64,000 nt of DNA from an uncultured delta proteobacterium (GCA_963745835.1 CAVUZH010000003.1:608001-672000), one strand, 5' to 3'. Counted from the first letter of the stretch, positions 41,290 through 52,204 are shown. Notes: generated by a model from the letters alone, not told the origin. Program-made: numbers and translations.

Positions 41290-42807
41290 ATGAACCGACG
41301 ATCGATAGCCGTTGTCCTTCTCGCCGTCTTCGTCATTGCCGCTCCGAAACAACTGCTTCAGGCGGCAGAGACGCGCATCTCCATCGGCGTTACCGAAACC
41401 ATGGATACCTTCAATCCGTACGCTGACAGTGTTTCGCTGATGTATAGCGTTTGGTGCCAGGTGTTGGGTTGTCTCGGCACGTATGATTTCGATAAAGGCC
41501 AGCCGGTTGGCTTATTGGTTGATCGTTGGGAAGTTAAGGATCCCAACAACTGGATTTTTCACCTGCGCAAGGATATCAAATTTCACAACGGTGCGCCGCT
41601 CTCCGCCGAGGATGTCGTGCATTCAATCAATCGAATTCGCACCGATCCGTTAAGCAAGCAGCGCCAGAACATCGCAGCCATCGCCAGCGAGACGGTCATC
41701 GATAAGCACACTGTGAAAATTACCACTAAGGAGCCGACCGCTCCGCTGCTCGATTATCTATTCGATCGGATCATGATTACCAACAAGGCGATCTACGACA
41801 AATACGGTCCGGAGATTGCTGATCGCCAACATCCAGTAGGCGCCGGTCCGTTCAAGTTTCGCGAGCTAATTCCCGGGCAGCGGCTGGTGATCGGCAAAGA
41901 TCCCAGCCATCCCATTTGGAAACAATACAAACAGGCTCCTGACGAAATTGTTTTTCGCATCATGCGGGAGCCCGAACAGCGGGTTACCGCCTTGCTCAAT
42001 AACGAAATCCAGATCGCGCAGTTCGTGCCGCCTCATTTACGGGAGCGAGTCGAGAGAAGCCCTAATCATAAGATCACCACTTTTCATACCGCAGAAATCA
42101 TGTTTTTGGGAATGATGCCGAAGGTCAAACCTTGGGATAACAAGCTGGTGCGCCAGGCGGTGGCTTATGCGATCGATAGGGACACTCTCATCAAGACGAT
42201 CCTCCGCGGAGAAGCGTCGCGGCTCGATGGACCTATCGGTGTCGGGCAATACGGCTACGATCCCAATCTGCAACCGAAGTACACCTACAACCCGGAAAAA
42301 GCCAAGGAGCTGCTAAAGCAAGCGGGTTATCCCAACGGAGTCGATGTAGAACTGCAAACTCCCGTAGGGCGATACACGTTGGACAAACAGCTGACTGAGG
42401 CGATGGTGCCGATGCTCAACGCGGTAGGCATCAGGACCAAGCTTTTGACCCCGGAATGGGCGACGCTCTGGGCCAACGTGCAAAATGGCAAGGTGCCGTT
42501 CTATTACATGGGTCGCGGCGGTGTGGTTGACCCTAGCGCCGCCTTATCCCAATATTTTGAAACCGGAGGATCGCCTCGTATTGGATATTCGAATCCGAAG
42601 GTGGACGAACTACTCTCGGCGGAGCGGCAAGCCTTCGATCCAGCGAAACGCAAGAAGGTTCTCGCCCAAGTGATGAGCCTCATTACGGAAGAAGTACCGG
42701 CGCATTTTCTCTGGCGTCACCAGTTGCTGTTCGGCATGGCTAAAAATATCGACTATCGGCCGTTACCGAGCGAGCGTATCTATGGATGGAATATGAAAGT
42801 GAAGTAG
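41290..42807 (+). CDS. ABC substrate-binding protein family 5 (peptide/nickel)
   Basis: F.LRKDIKFHNG.PL.AEDV, PVGAGPF, VRQAVAYAIDR, YNPEKAKELL. Confidence 0.93.
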   Translation: MNRRSIAVVLLAVFVIAAPKQLLQAAETRISIGVTETMDTFNPYADSVSLMYSVWCQVLGCLGTYDFDKGQPVGLLVDRWEVKDPNNWIFHLRKDIKFHNGAPLSAEDVVHSINRIRTDPLSKQRQNIAAIASETVIDKHTVKITTKEPTAPLLDYLFDRIMITNKAIYDKYGPEIADRQHPVGAGPFKFRELIPGQRLVIGKDPSHPIWKQYKQAPDEIVFRIMREPEQRVTALLNNEIQIAQFVPPHLRERVERSPNHKITTFHTAEIMFLGMMPKVKPWDNKLVRQAVAYAIDRDTLIKTILRGEASRLDGPIGVGQYGYDPNLQPKYTYNPEKAKELLKQAGYPNGVDVELQTPVGRYTLDKQLTEAMVPMLNAVGIRTKLLTPEWATLWANVQNGKVPFYYMGRGGVVDPSAALSQYFETGGSPRIGYSNPKVDELLSAERQAFDPAKRKKVLAQVMSLITEEVPAHFLWRHQLLFGMAKNIDYRPLPSERIYGWNMKVK

Positions 42808-43050
42808 AAGATGTAGGGCCGGCCAGCCGATCCGTATACCAAACCGATGTGCTCGGGCAATCACCATCGCCTCTTAGACAAGGTGCACATTGTCTCATGA
42901 GCCTAATCCGATGCATCTTCGTATTTCAGCTTTCTTCACGCCGAGTAAATCCCCTGCGTTGACAGTCCAGTCGCGTTCGTCTAGGAATCAGACTATAATT
43001 TTTGCTCGAATCCGATCACCGGAATCACATGCAATACTTGGAAGGAGTTT

Positions 43051-44073
43051 TTGATGGCGCAAGGTAGAGTGGGTTACGCACTCGGGTACGGCAAGTTTAC
43101 CAATGTCAGAGAGATGGCCGAGGTCATGCAGCAGGCTGAGGATCGCGGCTTTGAGATGGCTTTTTTCTCGGAGACCATCGAGTTGATGCGCGACTCGGTG
43201 AGCTCGCTTGCCGCAATCGGCTTGGCGACGAAAAAGCTGAAGTTAGGAACTACTCAAATCGTTCGCTTGCGCGGTCCGGTAGTGATGGCGCAGTCGCTGG
43301 CGACATTGGATGAATTGACCGGCGGGCGCATGACCATCGCCCCTGGAGCATGCACTAAAAGCCATGCGCGCGTCCATGCTTTGCCTCAGGATGTCGGGGC
43401 GACGCCTACGGAGGTGCTAAGGGATTATGTCGAATCGATTCGCTTGCTGCTCAAAGGCGAGAAGTGCTCGTACCACGGTAAGTATGTAAATTTTGATAAT
43501 GTCGGTTTGGGGTGGAAGCCGATCCGTTCAAACATTCCAATCTATCTTCCCGCCACCGCGACAGTTGGCTTGCGTTTGGCCGGAGAGATTGCCGACGGAG
43601 TTGTCCTCAACGCGGTGTGCTCACCGGAATACACCGTCAATGCGTTAAAAATTGTTAAGGATTCGGCGGAAAAGGCCGGGCGCGACTTTTCCCGCTTCCA
43701 AGTCGCGCAGATCATCAACTGTTCCGTGGAAGACGATCATAAAAAGGCTCTCGATGCGGTCAGATGGGAAGTTGCGACCAAGCTCGATCCGGTTCAGATT
43801 TCGTTTATCGCAGCGCCAAAAATGCGCGTCGGCGAGCCCTATATCAGAAAGGAAGACATTCCGCTTTTCGAGAAGGCACATGCCGAGGGCGGCATGGACG
43901 GGCTGATCAAGGCAATTCCAGATTCCTATGTGGAAGGCATGACCGCCAGCGGCACGCCGGACGAAGTACAAAAGCGAGTGCAGCAGTACCGTGACGCGGG
44001 TGTGCAAATCCCTCTCCTGAGACCGGCGGCGGCGCATCAAACCCAACGCTTGTTGGATTTGTTTGCGCAGTGA
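43051..44073 (+). CDS. LLM class flavin-dependent oxidoreductase
   Basis: A.AED.GF, AT.KLKLGT, ATLDEL.GGR, LAGEIADG, GTPDEV. Confidence 0.9.
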   Translation: MMAQGRVGYALGYGKFTNVREMAEVMQQAEDRGFEMAFFSETIELMRDSVSSLAAIGLATKKLKLGTTQIVRLRGPVVMAQSLATLDELTGGRMTIAPGACTKSHARVHALPQDVGATPTEVLRDYVESIRLLLKGEKCSYHGKYVNFDNVGLGWKPIRSNIPIYLPATATVGLRLAGEIADGVVLNAVCSPEYTVNALKIVKDSAEKAGRDFSRFQVAQIINCSVEDDHKKALDAVRWEVATKLDPVQISFIAAPKMRVGEPYIRKEDIPLFEKAHAEGGMDGLIKAIPDSYVEGMTASGTPDEVQKRVQQYRDAGVQIPLLRPAAAHQTQRLLDLFAQ

Positions 44074-44165
44074 CAAGTCAATTCAGGTTCAATCTAAAAG
44101 GCAGGAAAGCTGCTCCTGAGCATTGGCTAAGCCAACGCTTGGGCAAGCAGCTTCTGTGTTGAGTT

Positions 44166-46241
44166 ATGTATCGGGTGGGCATCGATATTGGCGGCACGTT
44201 TACCGACATGCTGCTGGTGGGTGAAGACGGCACGGCGGTGATCGGCAAGACCTTAACCACTCCGGGCGATCCCAGCTTGGCGGTGGAGAATGCTCTCAAA
44301 CCGGCGCTGCAAACCGAGGCTGTAAACCCCCAACAACGCGGCACCTTGATTCATGGCACGACCTTGGTGACAAACGCGCTGATTGAGCGCAAAGGCGCGC
44401 CCACAGCCTTGCTTACCACATTGGGGTTCCGTGATGCCGTCGAGATCGGCCGCGAGCACCGTTATGAACTTTATGACTTAAATTTGGAATTGCCTAAACC
44501 GCTGGTGCCGCGCCACTTGCGCTTCGATGTCCCGGAACGGATCGCCGCCGACGGCAGTGTTCTGCAGCCGCTCGATGAAGACTTCGTGCGCCGGCTGGTC
44601 GCAGAGTTGCGCGACAAAGGAGTCAAAGCCATCGGTATCAGCTATCTCAATAGCTACCGCAATCCGGCCCACGAACGCCGTACCGGGGAAATCGTTGCAG
44701 AAGTCGCGCCGCAAATCCGCGTCTCGCTCAGCTCAGAAGTCGTTGCTGAAATCCGCGAATTCCAGCGCACCAGCACGACACTGGCAAATGTTTACGTCCA
44801 GGAGCGAGTGTCGGATTATCTCGCGCAATTGGAGGCGCGGTTAAAGGCGATCGGTTTTAGTGGAAGCTTCTTTGTGATGCTCTCGAGCGGCGGGATCGCA
44901 ACCCGAGATACTGCGTCACGTTTCCCGGTGCGGCTGCTTGAATCCGGCCCGGCGGCAGGCGCACTCGCTGCGGCGCAGGCCGGCATGCTTTCCGGTCACC
45001 GAGATTTGCTATCGTTTGATATGGGTGGCACCACCGCGAAGCTTTGTGTGATTGAGGATGGCCGGCCGCTCAAGACTCATGAATTCGAGGTGGATCGGGT
45101 TTATCGTTTCAGAAAAGGCAGCGGGCTACCTGTGCGCATTCCGGTGATAGATATGATCGAGATCGGCGCCGGCGGCGGCAGTATGGCGCGAATCGATTCT
45201 CTCGGGCTTCTGAAAGTGGGTCCGGAAAGTTCCGGCGCCGATCCGGGGCCGGTCTGTTACGGACAAGGCGGCACCGAACCAACGGTTACCGATGCGGATC
45301 TGATTCTCGGCTACCTTGATGCGCGCTATTTTCTCGGCGGTAAGATGCAGCTGGACGTCGATGCCGCGCGCAACGCTCTTGGGCGATTTGGCCGGCGACT
45401 CGGTATGACAGTGGAACAAGTCGCCTGGGGCATTCATCAAATTGTCAATGAGAATATGGCCAATGCAGCGCGCGCCCATTTAGGAGAAAGGGGCAAAGAT
45501 CCGCGCCGGCTGCCGATGTACGCGTTCGGTGGCGCCGGCCCGGTTCATGGCTATGGTGTGGCCGAGATCCTCCGGCTGCCGGCGCTGATTTCTCCGGTCG
45601 GCGCAGGGGTGGGATCGACGTTCGGTTTACTCGCCGCGCCGCTAGCTTTCGATTTTGTCCGCAGTGCATACAGTCGTTTGGACGAGCTAGACTGGCAATT
45701 CGCTAACAGCTTGCTCAACGAAATGGCGGCAGAGGGGCGAAAAGTATTGGAAAGCTCTGGACTGTCGGAAGAAGATATCTCGTACCAACGTACTGCAGAC
45801 ATGCGTTATGTGGGGCAGGGGCACGAAGTCTCGGTGTCTCTGCCGGATGGGACGTTGGGGGTGAAGCATTTGGAGACAGTCATTGCGACATTCGAAAACA
45901 CCTACCAAGCGCTGTACGGCCGCAAAGGACCTGACGTGCCGCTCGAAATCATTAATTGGCGCGTGGTTGCCCGGGGCCCGCAACCGCAACTGAATATGAA
46001 GTTGCAGCGCGAATCAACGAAAGCGGGCAATGCCATCAAGGGAGCGCGCCCAGCCTACTTTTCTGCGCGCGGTTATAGCGAAACTCAGGTCTATGACCGT
46101 TATGCCCTGAAGCCAGGAATGACGTTTGCCGGACCCGCGATCGTCGAGGAACGCGAGTCCACTTTGATCATCGGTGCGCGGGGACGCGCTCGGGTGGACG
46201 AGCGACTGCAGATCGTGGTGGAATTAACTAATGAAGGATAA
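44166..46241 (+). CDS. Hydantoinase/oxoprolinase subunit A
   Basis: GIDIGGTFTD, HGTT, ESGPAAG, DMGGTT, IGAGGGS, FGGAG, DMRY.GQ. Confidence 0.95.
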   Translation: MYRVGIDIGGTFTDMLLVGEDGTAVIGKTLTTPGDPSLAVENALKPALQTEAVNPQQRGTLIHGTTLVTNALIERKGAPTALLTTLGFRDAVEIGREHRYELYDLNLELPKPLVPRHLRFDVPERIAADGSVLQPLDEDFVRRLVAELRDKGVKAIGISYLNSYRNPAHERRTGEIVAEVAPQIRVSLSSEVVAEIREFQRTSTTLANVYVQERVSDYLAQLEARLKAIGFSGSFFVMLSSGGIATRDTASRFPVRLLESGPAAGALAAAQAGMLSGHRDLLSFDMGGTTAKLCVIEDGRPLKTHEFEVDRVYRFRKGSGLPVRIPVIDMIEIGAGGGSMARIDSLGLLKVGPESSGADPGPVCYGQGGTEPTVTDADLILGYLDARYFLGGKMQLDVDAARNALGRFGRRLGMTVEQVAWGIHQIVNENMANAARAHLGERGKDPRRLPMYAFGGAGPVHGYGVAEILRLPALISPVGAGVGSTFGLLAAPLAFDFVRSAYSRLDELDWQFANSLLNEMAAEGRKVLESSGLSEEDISYQRTADMRYVGQGHEVSVSLPDGTLGVKHLETVIATFENTYQALYGRKGPDVPLEIINWRVVARGPQPQLNMKLQRESTKAGNAIKGARPAYFSARGYSETQVYDRYALKPGMTFAGPAIVEERESTLIIGARGRARVDERLQIVVELTNEG

Positions 46242-47961
46242 AACCATCGATCCGATCACTCTGGAGGTGATTTGGAATCGTTTTCTTTCGGTCGCAAACG
46301 AGCAGCAGGATGCGTTGATTCGTACCGCCTTCAGCACCATCGTGCGGGAAAGCCAGGACTTGGCGTGCGGCTTGTTCGACACCAAAGGGCGAATGATCGC
46401 GCAGTCTCTGAGCGGCACGCCGGGGCACATCAACGCAATGGCCACATCGATGCAGCACTTTCTCGCTGCTTTTCCAGCCGACCGGCTCTCCCCGGGCGAC
46501 GTTTTGATTACCAATGATCCATGGCAAACCGCTGGCCAGATCAACGACATCACGATTACCACGCCGGTGTTTAAGCAGGATCGCTTGGTCGCGTTGTTTG
46601 CGAATACCTGTCATAGCGCCGATATCGGCGGCCGGATACTTTCCGCTGAAGCACGCGAGGTTTTCGAAGAGGGGCTACGGATTCCGATTATGAAGTTGTT
46701 TGATCGGGGCGAGCCCAATCGGATACTGATGCAGATTGTTCGTACCAATGTACGACAGCCTGACGAAGTCATCGGTGATTTCTACGCGCAGACCGCCTGC
46801 AACGATGCCGGTGGCCGTGCGCTTCTTGAAATGATGGAAGAATTCGAGCTCGACAGCATCGACCGTGTCGCTGACGAGATCATCCGCCGTTCCGAGACTG
46901 CAGTGCGCGGGGAAATCGCTAAATTGCCAAGCGGCGAATGGAGCAACGAAACCTGGAGTGATGGTTTCGAAGAACCGATTGTGGTTCGCTGCCAGGTGAA
47001 GGTGAAGGGAGACGAGATCTTCATCGACTTCACCGGCTCTTCGCCGCAGAGCACCCGCGGCATTAACGTAGTGCTCAACTACACTCATGCTTACGCCAGT
47101 TTCGCCATCAAGGCGGCAATCTGTCCCGACGTGCCGCACAACGAAGGAAGTTTCCGGCCGGTGCATGTCAGCGCGCCACCGGGAAGTATTCTTAACGCAC
47201 TGGAGCCCGCGCCGGTGGCCAGCCGTCAAGTGATCGGTCACTTTATCCCCAGCGCGATTTTCGCGGCACTCTCGGGGGCGATGCCGGGGCGTTTGATGGC
47301 GCCGGGAGCCGATCCCATCTGGCTGAGCGTCTGGCGAGGTCAGAATCCGCCGTTTACCTTGACGCTGTTTCAAGTCGGCGGCACCGGCGCCCGTCCTTCA
47401 AAGGACGGCTTGAACGCAGTCGGTTTCCCCAGTGGCGTTGCCGGGGTTCCGGCTGAAATCATCGAAAGTCTCTCGCCAGTGGTTATGCGGCGCCGCCAGC
47501 TTCGTCCTGATTCGGGCGGCAGCGGCAAGTGGCGCGGCGGCCTCGGGCAGTTGACGGAGTTCACGCGCCATGGCGATGGCAAATGGAGTGTCAGTTCCAT
47601 CGCCGACCGAACGGTCTATCCTGCGCCCGGGCTCTTGGGTGGGCAGGCCGGAGCTACCGGAGAGGTTTTTTTGGGCGATGGAACGCGTCTTCACGCAAAA
47701 GCGCTTGTCGATCTCAAACCGGGCGATGTCGTTCACATCAACTTACCCGGCGGCGGCGGCTATGGCCATCCGTTCGAGCGCGATGCTGAAAAAGTGCGCT
47801 GGGACGTGATCGAAGGCTACATCACGGCCGAAGAGGCAGAGCGAGAATACGGTGTGGTAATTCGTTACAACGGTAATCTCGATGAATTAGTAAAGTTGCC
47901 CGACCGATGGCAGATCGATCGCAATGGAACTGCGGAGCTACGGCAAGCCAAGCGCGCCTAG
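46231..47961 (+). CDS. Hydantoinase B/oxoprolinase subunit
   Basis: DPITLEVIW, RTAFS.IVRE, TNDP, DIGG, EEGL.IP, DSGG.G.WRGG, PGGGGYG. Confidence 0.95.
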   Translation: MKDKTIDPITLEVIWNRFLSVANEQQDALIRTAFSTIVRESQDLACGLFDTKGRMIAQSLSGTPGHINAMATSMQHFLAAFPADRLSPGDVLITNDPWQTAGQINDITITTPVFKQDRLVALFANTCHSADIGGRILSAEAREVFEEGLRIPIMKLFDRGEPNRILMQIVRTNVRQPDEVIGDFYAQTACNDAGGRALLEMMEEFELDSIDRVADEIIRRSETAVRGEIAKLPSGEWSNETWSDGFEEPIVVRCQVKVKGDEIFIDFTGSSPQSTRGINVVLNYTHAYASFAIKAAICPDVPHNEGSFRPVHVSAPPGSILNALEPAPVASRQVIGHFIPSAIFAALSGAMPGRLMAPGADPIWLSVWRGQNPPFTLTLFQVGGTGARPSKDGLNAVGFPSGVAGVPAEIIESLSPVVMRRRQLRPDSGGSGKWRGGLGQLTEFTRHGDGKWSVSSIADRTVYPAPGLLGGQAGATGEVFLGDGTRLHAKALVDLKPGDVVHINLPGGGGYGHPFERDAEKVRWDVIEGYITAEEAEREYGVVIRYNGNLDELVKLPDRWQIDRNGTAELRQAKRA

Positions 47962-48049
47962 CGGCGCGCATCTCAATTCCAGAATCTCGGATAGAGCGGC
48001 CCGTTGAGATGTGAGATCTGCAGTTTGAGATTCTGAGCGGAGCGAAGAT

Positions 48050-48817
48050 ATGGAACTTCACGGCCGAGTAGCTCTGGTGACCGGCGGCGCCGGCGGAATC
48101 GGCGGCGCGGTGGCGCGTAGCTTAGCAAACGCCGGTTTGAGTGGAATGGTGGTCAATTATCGCAGTTCCGGGAAAGAAGCCGAGGCATTGGTCGGTGAGA
48201 TTGAAAGTCATGGCGTCAAGGCCGTTGCCATCCGAGCCGATATCAAATCGGACGATGAGATCCGTCGTATGGTCAGCAGGATCAAGAACGACTTCGGCCG
48301 GCTCGATGTTCTGGTCAACAACGCCGGCATAACGCACTGGGTTAAGTTGGCAAACTTAGAGGGTTTAACCGATGCGATCTGGGATGAAATTCTGGACGTC
48401 AACGTGAAAGGCTCATTTCGTTGTGCACGGGCCGCTGCCCAGATGCTGTCCGAGAATCAAGGGATGATTATCAATATATCGTCGATCTCTGGCGTGCTGG
48501 CTACTTCAACGATTTCTTCGTTAGCATATGGAACCGCCAAAGCGGCTTTGATCTACATGACCAAAGGCCTGGCCGTCGCGATGGCGCCGCGAGTCAGGGT
48601 CAATTGCGTAGCGCCGGCGTTTACCGATACGCCCTGGATGAGCCAGCACTTTGGCGCCGATTACCAACAGGTGATCGCCAACGCATCAGCAGGATATCCG
48701 CTGCAACGCATCGCTACTCCCGAGGATATTGCCGGCGCAGTGCTCGGCTTGATTACCGGCGGCGATTTCGTGACCGGCCAGACCTTGATCGTCGATGGCG
48801 GGTTGAGCTTGAGTTAG
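48050..48817 (+). CDS. SDR family oxidoreductase
   Basis: TGGAGGIG, NNAG, YGTAK, VDGG. Confidence 0.93.
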   Translation: MELHGRVALVTGGAGGIGGAVARSLANAGLSGMVVNYRSSGKEAEALVGEIESHGVKAVAIRADIKSDDEIRRMVSRIKNDFGRLDVLVNNAGITHWVKLANLEGLTDAIWDEILDVNVKGSFRCARAAAQMLSENQGMIINISSISGVLATSTISSLAYGTAKAALIYMTKGLAVAMAPRVRVNCVAPAFTDTPWMSQHFGADYQQVIANASAGYPLQRIATPEDIAGAVLGLITGGDFVTGQTLIVDGGLSLS

Positions 48818-48830
48818 GGACACAGAATTC

Positions 48831-49475
48831 ATGGCAAGAGCTGGGTTGATTCACGAGTTGCACAACAGTCGACTGGTTGCCGTTCTTCGCTCCCAAACCG
48901 CCGAAGAAGCGATGCTTACGGCCAAGTCTGCCGCAAGCGCCGGAGTAAAATTTGTCGAGGTCACTTTGAGTGTTCCGGGAGCTTTAGAAGTCATCGCGGC
49001 GTTGGCTAGGGAAAGCACAGTCCACGTCGGCGCAGGAACGGTGCTGTCGAAGAAACACGCTGAAGCGGCGATTACCGCCGGGGCGCAGTTCGTGGTATCG
49101 CCATCATCGGAACTCGATCTGATTGCCATTTGTCACGGGTCCGATGTTGCTTGTTATCCAGGAGCGGCGACGCCGACCGAAATCTATGCCGCCGCGCGTG
49201 CCGGCGCCGATCTAGTTAAAATATTTCCCGCGGATTGCCTTGGTGGGCCGAACTTTATCCGTCAGATGGCCGGACCTTTTCCCGAAATTCGTTTCATGGT
49301 GTCGGGCGGAGTGAGTCTTACAAATGTGAAGGAATATGTTCATGCCGGCGTGACCGGCATTTGTCTTGGCAGCGCTTTTCTCGCCAACACGTTAGCGGAG
49401 CAGGGCGAACGTGGCTTGGTGAACGAGATGAAGGAGTTCGTCAAGTTTATCGCTCGAGCCAAATCGCAGAAGTAA
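48831..49475 (+). CDS. eda: KDPG/KHG aldolase family
   Basis: VAVLR, EVT, VGAGTV, GA.F.VSP, PG..TPTE, VKIFPA, GGV. Confidence 0.88.
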   Translation: MARAGLIHELHNSRLVAVLRSQTAEEAMLTAKSAASAGVKFVEVTLSVPGALEVIAALARESTVHVGAGTVLSKKHAEAAITAGAQFVVSPSSELDLIAICHGSDVACYPGAATPTEIYAAARAGADLVKIFPADCLGGPNFIRQMAGPFPEIRFMVSGGVSLTNVKEYVHAGVTGICLGSAFLANTLAEQGERGLVNEMKEFVKFIARAKSQK

Positions 49476-49480
49476 CAATC

Positions 49481-50470
49481 ATGGCAAACATACAACTGAC
49501 CCTAGCGTGCGAGGACTATGATCGGACCCGGCCAATCAAAGATGGACGCATCAAGCCCGAAGGTATCGAGATTAACTACCTCGCGATGTCGGTGGAAGAA
49601 ATATTCTGGCGTATGATGAAGTACGAGGAGTTTGATGTTTCAGAGCTGTCGATGGGGGCTTTTTTGACGGCGGCGGCGCGCGGACGACGCCCATTCGTAG
49701 CCATACCGGTATTTCCCTCGCGGACCTTTCGCCATCGCTGCATTTTCATCAACACGGCATCCGGGATCGGCCGACCGGAAGAACTGCGCGGCAAACGGAT
49801 GGGGGTTCCTGAATACAGCATGACGGCTGCGGTGTGGTTGCGCGGGTTGTTCGAGCATGAATACGGTATTCCGCCCAGTGAAATTCATTGGATTCAAGCG
49901 GGTGAGGAACAGCCGGGCCGTAAGGATCGGGTCGATTTCGAAATGCCACCCGGAGTTCGGATGGACAGTAAAAGCGACCGAACCTTGAACGAGATGATCG
50001 TCAGCGGTGAAATCGACGCGATGATGTCGCCACGTATGCCGACCTGCTTTCTTGAAGGCGCGCCGAATGTGCGCCGACTGTTTCCCAACTATCGCCAGGC
50101 CGAGATGGACTACTTTGCCAAGACCGGCTTGTTTCCGATCATGCATGTCATTGTGATCAGGCGGGCAATCTATGAAAAGGATCCGTGGGTGGCCCAAACA
50201 CTCTATAAAGCGTTTTGTGAAGCTAAGGATCTGTGCATGCGAGAGCTTTATGACACCAATATTCTGCGTGTCAGCTTGCCATGGACTTCGGCGGAATATG
50301 AAGATACCCGCGATTTGATGACGGCGGATTACTGGCCTTATGGGTTGACCCCGAATCGAATGAACTTGGAAACCCTGCACAATTATCTTTATGAGCAGGG
50401 ATTGATCAAGCAGAAATTGAATCTCGACGAACTGTTTGCGCGCGAAACGCGCGAGGCATTTAAAATTTAG
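49481..50470 (+). CDS. 4,5-dihydroxyphthalate decarboxylase-like / ABC SBP-fold protein
   Basis: LAC.DYDRT, FDVSELS, AIPVFPSR.FRH, GVPEY.MTA.VW.RG, FPIMH, WPYG. Confidence 0.88.
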   Translation: MANIQLTLACEDYDRTRPIKDGRIKPEGIEINYLAMSVEEIFWRMMKYEEFDVSELSMGAFLTAAARGRRPFVAIPVFPSRTFRHRCIFINTASGIGRPEELRGKRMGVPEYSMTAAVWLRGLFEHEYGIPPSEIHWIQAGEEQPGRKDRVDFEMPPGVRMDSKSDRTLNEMIVSGEIDAMMSPRMPTCFLEGAPNVRRLFPNYRQAEMDYFAKTGLFPIMHVIVIRRAIYEKDPWVAQTLYKAFCEAKDLCMRELYDTNILRVSLPWTSAEYEDTRDLMTADYWPYGLTPNRMNLETLHNYLYEQGLIKQKLNLDELFARETREAFKI

Positions 50471-50530
50471 CCTTTCTTGCAACTTTCCTGCGGCTGATCC
50501 TGCCTGTGCGCATTCTCACTGGCAGCGCCT

Positions 50531-51316
50531 TTATCGGTATCCTCTCATACCCCAAGGTGTAAAAACCATGATCTGCGTTGGGCTCGGCAGTGCCTCTTTG
50601 CTGAAGGCATGGCTATGATTAGGCAAATACCTATTGGGAAATCCTTTCACGAACATGTCTAAAAGCGCTGTGCTTTCGCGGTAGTGCATCGGGATTGCCA
50701 CTTTGGGTTTGAGTTGCTGCAAAACCTCGCGCGCCGTGTCCGGCGGCATAGTAAAACTGCCACCGATAGGAATCATCGCGATGTCCACTTTGCCGAAAGC
50801 CTTAATTTGCTCCGCGGTTAGCTTGTGCGCCAAATCGCCTAAGTGAGCGATGCACAGTGTGCCGAGGTCGAAGACGAAGGCAGCCCCTTTAAGAGCGTTG
50901 CCGAGTTGCTGCTGGTAAACCGGCACTGTGTAAATCAAAACGTCACGCACGGTCGTGCTGATCTTGTTCCATTCGGCGCCATAATTTCCCAAGCCACGCA
51001 GGACGACGGGGTTTCCTTTGGCAATCTCAACGTAGTTATGATTTGGATGTTCTCGCCCGACGGTGATCGCGTGAGGGCTGATGTCGGGCGTTGGGTACAT
51101 CCCCGGAGCGATGGGGTCCGTGATGATTTTTGTTCCCTTTGCCGTCGTAATCTGGAAGAAATTGTGGCCATAGAACTCGACGACGGCATCGGCTCCAGCG
51201 GCGTGAGCCGATCGTGTGAAGCCACCGGCGACATCGAGCTCTCGACAGGCGGCATACGCCGGACCGAGTAAAAGTAGCACGAACAGCGGCGCCAGCAGAA
51301 CCGATCGTGTTCTCAT
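50531..51316 (-). CDS. Secreted MBL-fold metallohydrolase-like protein
   Basis: Signal peptide; YGHN.F.I, TDP, HLGD, PIGG, IPMHY; first metal motif degenerate. Confidence 0.8.
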   Translation of the reverse strand: MRTRSVLLAPLFVLLLLGPAYAACRELDVAGGFTRSAHAAGADAVVEFYGHNFFQITTAKGTKIITDPIAPGMYPTPDISPHAITVGREHPNHNYVEIAKGNPVVLRGLGNYGAEWNKISTTVRDVLIYTVPVYQQQLGNALKGAAFVFDLGTLCIAHLGDLAHKLTAEQIKAFGKVDIAMIPIGGSFTMPPDTAREVLQQLKPKVAIPMHYRESTALLDMFVKGFPNRYLPNHSHAFSKEALPSPTQIMVFTPWGMRGYR

Positions 51317-51322
51317 AAGACG

Positions 51323-52081
51323 TTAGGAGAACCTCGGTTTATGAACAATCTGTTCGGCTCGAAAAAAGTCTGAGATATAAGCGCTGGCGGGAGTGCGAAA
51401 CAGATTCTCAGCGGTATCAACTTGTTCGAACCTACCGTTTCTCATGACCGCGATCCGATCCGCCAACGCGATGCCGTCGGCTACATTATGCGTCACATAA
51501 ATCGTTGTCAGCCTGTTTTCCTGATGGAACTTCAAGATTTCGCCGCGCATTCGCAGCCGGTTGGGAGGATCGATGTTGCTCAACGGTTCGTCCATGAGAA
51601 GAATCTGCGGCGCCGTTGCCATAGCCCGTCCTACGGCAACCCGCTGCTGCTGTCCGCCGGACAGCTCCATCGGCTTGCGCCTGAAAAAACTTTCTTCGAT
51701 GCCGACCCGCCGAGCCAGGGGACGGAGCAGCTCGCCGATTTTCTCATGGGACCATTTACGCACTTTCAGTGGCAGCGACAAATTGCTGTACCGGCTTTCA
51801 TCAAAGACTCTCATGTGCGGCCACAGGGCGAAATTCTGAAAGATCATCTGCACGTTGCGTTTGCCGACAGGGATGTCATTGACGGGCATTCCGCCGATGA
51901 AGATTGTGCCGGCATCAGGTGCTTCAAGGCCGGCGATAAGTCTAAGGGTCGTGGTCTTACCGCAGCCGCTCTCGCCGACGACTACAAGAAACTCACCGCT
52001 ATGGACGTCGAGGTTGGCATGGTCAACCGCTAGGACCCGGCCGAACTTCTTGGTGAGGCCGTGTAGTGATAGAGAAACCAC
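51323..52081 (-). CDS. ABC transporter ATP-binding protein (MalK/PotA-like, lacking TOBE domain)
   Basis: GESGCGKTT, LSGGQQQR, DEPL, YVTH. Confidence 0.9.
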   Translation of the reverse strand: MVSLSLHGLTKKFGRVLAVDHANLDVHSGEFLVVVGESGCGKTTTLRLIAGLEAPDAGTIFIGGMPVNDIPVGKRNVQMIFQNFALWPHMRVFDESRYSNLSLPLKVRKWSHEKIGELLRPLARRVGIEESFFRRKPMELSGGQQQRVAVGRAMATAPQILLMDEPLSNIDPPNRLRMRGEILKFHQENRLTTIYVTHNVADGIALADRIAVMRNGRFEQVDTAENLFRTPASAYISDFFRAEQIVHKPRFS

Positions 52082-52204
52082 AGGGTCTTCATGCTAGTAA
52101 ACGCCGTCGAAAAAAACAATGACAAACCTGGTGGCGGCGTCCCGGCAACTTGTTTATGATGCGTCCAATCGAAAGGGGATTTCTATTCTGGAAGGAGATT
52201 TCTT

